In this document: piece by piece, positions 38,201 through 47,034 of the stretch
Numbering within the stretch: position 1 is the first letter of the stretch
Layout: each line of letters starts with the position of its first letter
Source: an uncultured beta proteobacterium
Lineage (GTDB): Bacteria > Pseudomonadota > Gammaproteobacteria > Burkholderiales > SG8-39
Direction: 5' to 3'
Assembly (NCBI GenBank): GCA_903859155.1
Contig: CAIOLO010000049.1
Coordinates: 4,609 to 68,608, forward strand
Length of the DNA stretch: 64,000 nt
The notes under the pieces: generated by a model
Told to the model about the DNA's origin: nothing
Database searches by the model: none
Seen by the model: the letters and a program-made list of their open reading frames with translations, nothing else
Program-made: the position numbers and the translations under genes

Positions 38201-38856
38201 CGGACCAGTCGGTGACGGTCAGCCTGCTCACCGGCGAGGGAACGACCCGCGACAACCTGCATGTCCTGCCGGTGCGCATGATCAGCCACTCTGGCGGTCG
38301 CGAGATCATGCACGCGCAAACCGACGTTCTGCTCACCGAGGAAAAGCTTCCCGAGGCGCCCGCCGCAGAGCTGGTCGACATTTCGGGAGGGGCAATCGCC
38401 GATGCCTATTCGCTGGGGGTGTTGTTTCACGGCGCGGCGCTGCACGGCATTGAGTGTGTCGAGGTATGCGCCGAGCGGGGTGTGGCAGCGCTGGTCAAAG
38501 CGGCTTCCGCGCCGATAAAGTGGATGCGCTATCCGCTGCGCGGCAGCTGGATCGCCGATCCGCTCGCGCTGGACAGCGCGTTCCAGATGATGATTCTCTG
38601 GAGTGCGGCGCATCGCGGCGGGCCCTCCTTGCCCAGCGCCCTGGCGCGCTACCGACAATTCGTCGGCGCGTTTCCGAAAGGCGGTTGTCGCGCGGTGATC
38701 GCGGTGGCCATCGGCATCAGCGCCATTGCCGTGGCAACCATCCAGTTTCTGGACCGGCAGGGAAATCTGCTCGCGTCAGCGGAGGGATGCGAGTTTGTAG
38801 TCGACGCAGCCCTGCGCGACGCCTTTCGCTTGAACCGGCTGAAGCTTGAAACGTGA
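32266..38856 (+). CDS. pfaA: PfaA-like multidomain synthase: KS - malonyl/acyl transferase - 3x ACP - KR - PKS-type DH
   Basis: KS: [19 protein letters not shown] (Cys codon 32899), HGTGT, [27 protein letters not shown] (Ser codon 34303). Three ACPs with [15 protein letters not shown] (Ser codons 35686, 35992, 36280). KR: [33 protein letters not shown] (HxxxGxxxxP, His codon 38062). Confidence 0.92.
   Translation: [2196 protein letters not shown]
35590..36396 (+). repeat. Three tandem, highly similar ACP-encoding DNA repeats (periods 306 and 288 nt) inside the PfaA-like gene
   Basis: GGCTATCCGGTCGAGATGCTG..GATTCCATCAAGCGCGT(T/C)GA(A/G)ATCATGGC recurs three times. The protein repeats are [38 protein letters not shown].., separated by Ala/Gly/Pro linkers. 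Confidence 0.9.
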
Positions 38857-41800
38857 TTCGAAACCGACCTCCCGAAATGGCGATGCCGGTTTTTCCGAGC
38901 CGATTGCCATTGTCGGCATGGGAGGGGTGTTCCCCGGATCGCCGTCGCTCGCCGATTTCTGGCGGCTGGTAGAGCAGGGACGCGACACCTGCGGTCCGGT
39001 TCCGGCGGGCCGGTGGCTTCTTGATCCTGAACTGATCCGCAACGCCGCGCCCGGTGCGGCCGACGCGGTCTTCAGTGACCGGGGCTGTTTCGTCGAGGGA
39101 TTCACGCCGGATTTCGACGCGCTGGGCGTGCCGCGCGAAGTCGCCCAGTCGCTCGATCCGGCGATTCATCTTCTGGTTCGTGCCGGTCAGGAGGCCTTTG
39201 CGCAGGCACGCAGCGGCGCGCTCGATCGCAGCACTGCCGGGGTGATCATCGGCAGCATCGCCCTGCCCAGCACCGGTGCGTCCGCCTTGTGCGATGAAAT
39301 TCTGATGCCGCTGTTCGAGCGGAAGATTTTTGGCGGCGGCCGCCCGGCGTCGGAACCGAAGCTGCCTCGGCGGATGCTGGGTCAGGCTTTGAACCGGTAT
39401 GTGACAGGGCTTCCGGCCGGCGTGCTCGCCGGTTCTCTCGGGCTGGGCGGTGCCTGCTACGGGCTGGACGCGGCATGCGCATCTTCGTTGTATGCGGTCA
39501 AGCTCGCGTGCGATGAACTGCACGCGCGACGCGCCGGCGCGATGCTCGCGGGCGGCTTGTCGCGTCCTGATTCCCTGTACACGCAGATGGGATTTTCGCA
39601 ACTGCGCGCGCTCTCTCCCAGTGGACGCTGTTCGCCTTTCGACCGCAAGGGCGACGGGCTCATCGTCGGCGAGGGTGCGGGTATCGTGATGCTGAAGCGC
39701 CTGTCCGATGCGCGGCGCGACGGTGATCGCATCCTGGCGTTGATACGCGGCGTCGGCCTGGCCAACGACATCGAGGGCAATTTGCTATCGCCAAGCACCG
39801 AAGGCCAGATGCGCGCGCTGCGGGCCGCCTACGCGCAGGCGGGCTGGTCACCGGACATGGTGGACCTGATCGAGTGCCATGCGACCGGAACGCCGGTCGG
39901 GGACGCGGTGGAATTCGACAGCCTGATGCGGCTCTGGCAGGGCGCCAAGTGGCGCAACGGTCAATGTGTTTTGAGCGCGGTGAAATCAAACATCGGCCAT
40001 CTGCTCACCGCCGCGGGTAGCGCAGGACTGATCAAAACACTGCTGGCGATGCAAAGCGGCACGCTGCCGCCGGTGGCCAATTTCGAATCCCCCTCGGACA
40101 AGGTGCGGCTAGCCGACAGTCCGTTCACCGTTCTCAGACAAAGCCGTCCGTGGGAGCGCCGTGCCGTCAATATCCCGCGGCGCGCGGCGATCAATGGTTT
40201 TGGTTTCGGTGGTATCAATGCCCACCTGCTGATCGAGGAATGGCTGGAGGCCCCCTTGCCGCATGCGCGTGCGCCGGCGGGAAAACGGGCGGCGGGATCC
40301 GTGCTGGCTGCCGAACCTCCTTCCTGCGAACCGATTGCGATCGTGGGAATGGGCGTGCGGGTGGGCAGCTGGCCGGACCTGGAGTCCTTCCGGCAGCGCG
40401 TATTCAACCCGGTTTGCGACGCGGATTGCGCAGATCGCCCGGCCGAACGCGGGCAATGGCGCGGATTGGGCAATGAGGAGACAGGCGCGCTATGCGCCCT
40501 CGGGGGGCCTGCAGGGGCGCCGCTGTTTGCGGGCCATTATCTGAAGGACATCGCGGTTCCTGTCGATCGCTATCGCATCCCGCCGCGTGAGCTGGCGGAA
40601 ATGCTGCCGCAGCAGTTGCTCATGCTGGAGGTCGCAAAGTCGGCACTCGAGGACGCGGGAAATCCGCTGCTCGAATCGTCGCGCAGCGGCGTATTCATCG
40701 GCCTGGGCCTTGATCTGCGCACCACCGATTTTCATTTCCGCTGGTCGGTCAAGCAGCGGGCCGCCGCTTGGGCGCGCCAGGCGGGCCTGGATGCCGGCAG
40801 CGCGCAACAATGGGCGGAGCAACTGTGCGAGGGCGCGGGCCCGCCGTTGACCGCCGACCGCACCATGGGCGCACTGGGCGGGCTGGTCGCAAGCCGCGTC
40901 GCGCGCGAGTTTCACATCGGCGGGCCGAGCCACGCGATTTGCAGCGAAGACACCTCGGGCCTGCGCGCCCTGGAGGTCGCCGTTGGTGCGCTGCGCCAGG
41001 GTGAGCTGGATGTGGCATTGGCGGGTGCCGTGGACCTGGCCGGGGATCTGCGCAGCCTGTTCTGCACCGATGCCGTGCTCCCGTATTCGCGTGAGGGTTG
41101 CTCCCGGCCTTTTGATGCCGGAGCCGATGGCGCTATCCCGGGCGAAGGCGCCGCCTGCGTCGTGCTCAAGCGCCTTGCCGATGCGCAACGGGACGGCGAC
41201 CGGATCTATGCATTGGTTCGAAGCGTGGGTACGGCGCAGGGGAATCCCCTCGATTCGGGGGCGCAGGCCGGCAAGACCTATGCGCAGGCGCTGGCGCGTG
41301 CTTACGCGGAAGCCGGCGTCGCGCCGTCCACGGTGCGGCTGGTCGAAGCCCATGGCAGTGGTTCGCCGCGCGAAGACGCGGCAGAGGCGGGCGCGCTGGC
41401 CGCATTCTTCGGCGATCGCAAAGGATCCGCCGCCTGCAGTATCAGCAGCGCCAAGGCCGACGTCGGCCACACCGGCGTGGCTTGCGGACTGGTTTCGCTG
41501 ATCAAGGCGAGCTTGTGCCTGTATAACGAGGTGATCCCGGGCCTGCGCAATATTCGCAAGCCGCGTGAGGAACTGGCCGGGTCGCGGGCCATTGTGATGC
41601 CGCGCGCCGCGCAGCCCTGGGTGCGCGATCGCAGCGACGGTCCGCGCCGCGCGGGCGTCAGTGCGATGGGTGCGGAGGGCGGCTGCGTGCATGCCGTACT
41701 CGAAGCCAGCGAGACCGTAACTTTCCCGGCAAATGTGCCTGCACGGCGAGGCCGCCGCCCGGCCGCGAATCCAATCCCGTGTCCGGAGGCTTTGTTTGCA

Positions 41801-44800
41801 CTGTCCGCAGCGAATCCCGGCGCGCTTCTCGAGGCGTTGGACCGGCTCGACCGATTCACCCGAGCGGCCGGCAATGCGCCGGTGCAGCAGATTGCGCGCC
41901 AATGGTGGCGAGCGCATCAAGGCGAGCAACCCGGTCCGTACCGGCTGGCGCTGCTCGCGCGCGACACCTCGCAACTGGCGCGATTGACGCAGCGGGCTGC
42001 CGCGGGCGCTGCGCCAGAAGCCAATCGCAATGGCGACGACCGCGAGCGGATCTTCGTCGGCACGCAACCGGCGGCCGGGCATACGGGCCGGATCGCTTTT
42101 GTCTTTCCCGGGTCTGGCAATCAGTTCGAGGACATGGGCCTGGGCCTGGCCATGCAATGGCCGCAGATCCTGCGCGCACAGGATCTGGAAAACGGGCGAC
42201 TGGCCAGCCAGATGCATATAGACCATTTCTGGAATGGTCCGCTGGCGAAGGATGTGCTCGCGGATCACCGCGCCTTGATATGCGGCCAGGTGGCGTTCGG
42301 CACCATGGTGGCCGATCTGGCGGTGTGTTTCGGCCTCAAGCCGGCCGCTGCTATCGGCTACAGCCTGGGCGAGTCGACCGCACTGTTCGCCATGCGGGCC
42401 TGGCGGCAGCGCGATGCAATGCTCGAGCGGTTGAGCGCTTCATCGCTGTTCGCGCAGGATCTGTCGGGTCAGCCGGAGGTGTTGCGGGGCATCTGGAAGG
42501 TTCAGGAGGGGCAGCCGGTCGAATGGGTGGCCGGGGTGGCGGGCAGTTCCGTCGAATCCGTGCGCGCGGTCATCGCCGGGAAAAAACGCGTGTACGTGCT
42601 CATCGTAAACAGCCCGGACGAATGTGTTATAGGCGGCGATCGCGCGGTGGTCGAGGAGACCATCGCGGCATTGGGCTGCCACTGGTTTGCGTTGCAGGGC
42701 GTGAGCACGGTGCATTGCGAACTGGCGCACCCGGTGCGCAAGGCCTACCGGGAGTTGCACCGCTTCGACACCACGCCGCCCGCCGAGGTGGAGTTTTACA
42801 GTTGCGGCTGGGGCCGTGCCTACACCCCCGACCGCGAAACGGCCGCCGAAGCGATCGAGGCCCAGGCCATGGGCACGATCGATTTTCCGCGGGTGATTCG
42901 CGCGGCCTATGCTGCCGGGGTACAGACGTTCGTGGAAATCGGACCGGGCAACTCCTGCAGTCGCATGATTGGCAAGATCCTCAACGGTCGCCCGTATATT
43001 GCGCGATCGCTGGCGCATGCCGGGCAGGAACCGGTGACGCATTTTCTGCGCACCATCGGCCAGCTTTATGCCGAAAATGTTCCGGTAAGCCTGGAATTTC
43101 TCTACGCTGGCGCGGACGCTACCGAGCAGCACGCAGGACCCGAAGCCGCGGCGGCGGGTAAGCGCGTGACGGTGTCGATCAGCGGCGCGCCATTCTCGGC
43201 GCCCGATCTGCCGCGCGCCGGATCCGCTGCAGCCGCCGCGTTTGCGGCGCCTGCGGCACCGGGACGCGTGGACACTTCAGTCACAGCAAGTGCCATCCAT
43301 CCCCGGAGCCTGCCTGAGGATCTGCCGGCGGCGGATTTTTACGATGCGGTGCTCAGGACCTCCGTAGAAGCGGAACAGGCGACGCTCGAGGCACACCAGG
43401 CTTATCTCAGATTTTCGCAGGGTATCGCCGAGACCTTGGGGCAGGCCGTCGCGGCCCGGGTCGGCCTGCTCAACGCGGCGGCCCGTTCCGGCCTGCTGAT
43501 TGCCGAATCAAATACCGCGTCGCCCGGGGAGGCGTTTCGCGATTCCGCAATTGCGGCGATCCGGCCGCCAGCGCCCCTGCAGGAGCCCTCCGCAGACGGC
43601 ATTCCGCGCGCGCTCGATCGCGCCGCCTGCCTGGAGTTCGGACGGGGTCTTGTCGGTCGCGTGCTCGGCCCCCGTTTTGCGGAGGCGGACGCCTACCCGA
43701 CGCGCGTGCGCCTGCCGGATGAACCCTTGATGCTGGTGGACCGGATTCTGCAGATCGAGGGCGAAGCGCTGTCCCTCTCGCACGGCCGCGTGGTCACCGA
43801 GCACGACATACACCGGGGCGCGTGGTATCTCGACTGCGGACGCATTCCCACCTGCATCGCCGTCGAGGCAGGCCAGGCGGATTTGTTCCTGTCAGGATAC
43901 CTCGGCATCGATTTTCAGACCCGCGGCCGCTCGATGTACCGGCTGCTCGACGCGAAGGTCTGTTTCCACCGCGGCTTGCCGGGAGCCGACGAGGTCATCC
44001 GTTACGACATCCGCATCGAACGCTTTTTCCGCCAGGGCGACACCTGGCTGTTCAAGTTTGCATTCGAAGCCACGGTCAACGGCGAACCCTTGCTCACCAT
44101 GACCGAAGGCTGCGCGGGTTTTTTCTCGCAGCAGGAACTGGCGGGGGGCAAGGGTATCGTACGCACGGCGCTGGATCTGAAACCGGTGGCGGGAAAGCGC
44201 GCCCCGGACTGGGAGCCGCTGGTCGCCATCGGTGTCGAAAGCTATACGCAGGAGCAACTCGATGCCTTGCGCGCAGGCGATCTTGCGGCCTGTTTCGGCC
44301 AGGCCTTCGCGGGGCTGCCGCTGACCGATCCGGTCACGCTGCCCGGCGGGCGCATGAAGCTCGTGCACCGCATCGCCCATCTCGATCCGCAGGGCGGGCG
44401 CTTTGGACTGGGCCTGGTGCGCGGCGAAGCGGACATCCACGCCGATGACTGGTTCCTCACCTGCCACTTCGTGGACGACCGCGTCATGCCGGGCACCCTG
44501 ATGTTCGAGTGCTGCCTGCATACTCTGCGCGTGTACCTGTTGCGGCTGGGCTGGATTGCCGCGCAGGGCAGTGTCGTTCTCGAACCGGTGCCCGGCGTCG
44601 CCAGTCAGTTGAAATGCCGCGGCCAGGTGCTCGACACCACGAAACTGGTGACCTATGAAATTTCGATCAAGGAAATCGGCTATCGGCCGGAACCTTATGT
44701 GATCGCCGACGCATTGATGTTTGCCGATGGCAAGCCGATTGTCGAAATTGGCAACATGAGCCTGCGCTATGCCGGTGTGACACGGGAGGCGATTCGTTCG

Positions 44801-45928
44801 ATCTGGGCGTCTGCCGCAGCGCCTGCGGCGCCTGCGCCGGCGAAGCCCGTGATTTTCAGCTGCGAAAAAATTCTCGCTTTCGCGATCGGCAAACCGTCGG
44901 AAGCTTTCGGCGAGCCCTACAGGATATTTGACGAGGGCCGCATCATTGCGCGCCTGCCGGGGCCGCCTTTCCAGTTCATGGATCGTGTCACCGGGATTCA
45001 GGCCGAGCCGTGGAAGATCCTGCCGGGGGGCGCCATCGAGGCCCAGTACGATGTGCCGCCCGAGGCCTGGTATTTCGCCGATAACCGCCAGGGCGACATG
45101 CCGTTTGCAGTGCTGCTTGAGATCGCGCTGCAACCCTGTGGCTGGCTCGCGGCCTACATGGGATCGGCCTTGACCAGTGACGTGGATGTGTCGTTTCGCA
45201 ACCTGGGCGGTGGCGCCATGCAGCTCGCGCCGGTGTTCCCCGGCAGCGGCACGCTCACCATACGCGTCAAGCTCACGCGCGCGTCCAGTTCGGCGGGCAT
45301 GATCATCCAGTTCTTCGACTATGAGGTGCACGCGGGACGCACGCTGGTCTACCGGGGAGACACCTATTTCGGCTTCTTCCCGAAAATCGCATTGGCAAAG
45401 CAGGAGGGTCTGAAAGATGCCAGGCGGCATCAGCCGTCCGCGCAGGAACTATCGCGCAGTCGCCGCCTGGATTTTCCTGACACAGCGCCGTTTCCCCATG
45501 GCCGCCTTCGGATGCTCGATCGCATCGAATGCTGGGTTGCGGACGGCGGTCCGCATGCAATGGGATACATCCGTGCAACACGGCGCGTGGTGCCCGACGA
45601 ATGGTTTTTCAAGGCGCATTTTTTTCAGGATCCGGTGGTGCCCGGATCGCTGGGCCTGGAGTCGTTCCTGCAATTGCTGAAATTCATGTCGGTGGAACGC
45701 TGGGGGCATGCAGACGGCGTGCGCCACGAGACCGTGGCCATGGACGAGCGCCACGAATGGACCTACCGCGGGCAGGTCATACCGGGCGATGGTTTGGTCA
45801 CCGTCGAGGCCGTGGTGACCGGAATCGACGAGGCCCGCCGCCTGCTGCGCGCCGACGGTTATCTCTCGGTTGATGGCCGGGTGATATATGCGATGAAGGA
45901 TTTCACCGTGCGGCAGGTCAGTTCATGA
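38846..45928 (+). CDS. pfaC: PfaC-like synthase with an embedded acyltransferase: KS - CLF (KS-beta) - AT - 2x (pseudo-DH + FabA-type DH)
   Basis: KS: [23 protein letters not shown] (Cys codon 39476), HATGT. The second KS-like module lacks the Cys ([11 protein letters not shown]), so it is a CLF. [22 protein letters not shown] (Ser codon 42362). FabA-like motifs: [21 protein letters not shown] (His codon 44465) and [21 protein letters not shown] (His codon 45617). TTG start overlaps the pfaA stop by 11 nt. Confidence 0.9.
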   Translation: [2360 protein letters not shown]

Positions 45929-45948
45929 TTGCCGGGCGCTGAGTTTCC

Positions 45949-47034
45949 ATGGCACCGAAATACAGCCGTGTCTACCTGAGCGCACTGGGCTACGAGCTCG
46001 GGCCGCAGATCGTGACCACGGCCGAACTGGAGGCGCGTCTGGCGCCGCTGTACCGGCAGTTGAATCTGCAGCCGGGCCAGTTGGAGGCATGGACCGGGAT
46101 TGTCGAGCGTCGCTGGTGGGAGCAGGACGCCCGGCTGTCGGCCGGCGCGACTGCCGCGGCGCGCAAGGCGCTGGCGAAGACCTCCGTGCGGGCCGCCGAC
46201 CTCGGTGTGGTGATTTACGCCGGGGTCTGCCGCGAGAATTTTGAGCCGGCCACTGCCTGTGCCGTCGCCGACGCGCTTGGCGTGCGCGGCGGCGTGTCCG
46301 TCTATGACCTGAGCAATGCCTGCCTTGGCGTGCTCAACGGCATGCTCGATATCGCCAATCGCATCGAACTCGGACAAATCCGCGCGGGTCTGGTCGTGTC
46401 GTGTGAATCGGCGCGCGAAATCAATGAAATCGTCATGGCGCGCCTGCTCGATGAGCTGCGCAACGAAAAGCCGGCCGGCACCGGCATGGAAAGTTTTGCC
46501 GAGGCGCTGGCGACCTTTACCGGCGGTTCGGGTGCGGTGGCGATGTTGTTGACCGACGGATCCTTTGAAGGCAGCAGAGGCCATCGCCTTTGCGGCGCGG
46601 TATCGCAGGTTGCACCGGAGCACCATCGCCTGTGCCGCTGGGGCCTGGAGCCGGCCGGCGAACCGGTCGGCGCACAGCGGCAGGTGCAGTACATGGCAAC
46701 GGATTCGGTCGCGGTGCTCAAGCACGGGGTGCAACTGGGCCAGCAGACCTGGCAGATATTTCAGACGGCCATGGGCTGGACGCCGGCACAGATCGACCGC
46801 GTCATCTGCCATCAGGTCGGCAGCGGACACCAGGATGCGATATTGAAATCGTTGCAGATACCCAGGGACAAGGACTATACGAGCTATCGCTTCCTGGGCA
46901 ATATGGGTACGGCGGCACTGCCGGTTACTGCCGCCATCGCGGAAGAAAGAGGCGTTCTCAAGGCCGGTCAGAAGATCGGGTTTCTCGGCATAGGCAGCGG
47001 CCTCACCTGCCTGATGATGGGGCTCGAATGGTGA
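45949..47034 (+). CDS. oleA: OleA-type thiolase (head-to-head Claisen condensing enzyme; FabH-like fold)
   Basis: Aligns by eye along its length with Xanthomonas OleA as I remember it: GIVERRWW, NFEPATA (the OleA-specific Glu position), LSNACLGVLNGM (Cys codon 46321), VICHQVGSGH, LGNMGTAALPV, IGFLGIGSGLTCLMMGLEW. Genomic context with oleBCD supports the call. Confidence 0.8.
   Translation: MAPKYSRVYLSALGYELGPQIVTTAELEARLAPLYRQLNLQPGQLEAWTGIVERRWWEQDARLSAGATAAARKALAKTSVRAADLGVVIYAGVCRENFEPATACAVADALGVRGGVSVYDLSNACLGVLNGMLDIANRIELGQIRAGLVVSCESAREINEIVMARLLDELRNEKPAGTGMESFAEALATFTGGSGAVAMLLTDGSFEGSRGHRLCGAVSQVAPEHHRLCRWGLEPAGEPVGAQRQVQYMATDSVAVLKHGVQLGQQTWQIFQTAMGWTPAQIDRVICHQVGSGHQDAILKSLQIPRDKDYTSYRFLGNMGTAALPVTAAIAEERGVLKAGQKIGFLGIGSGLTCLMMGLEW

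Noticed and set aside
46590-47027. 5' extension of the OleB frame (451-aa ORF). Analogous extensions: 28474-28812, 14828-14968, 6646-6843, 17905-17994, 60231-60278, 61263-61313.
   Set aside because: Each extension overlaps the well-supported upstream gene and has a non-protein-like composition. In each case an internal start gives the canonical N-terminus or signal peptide.
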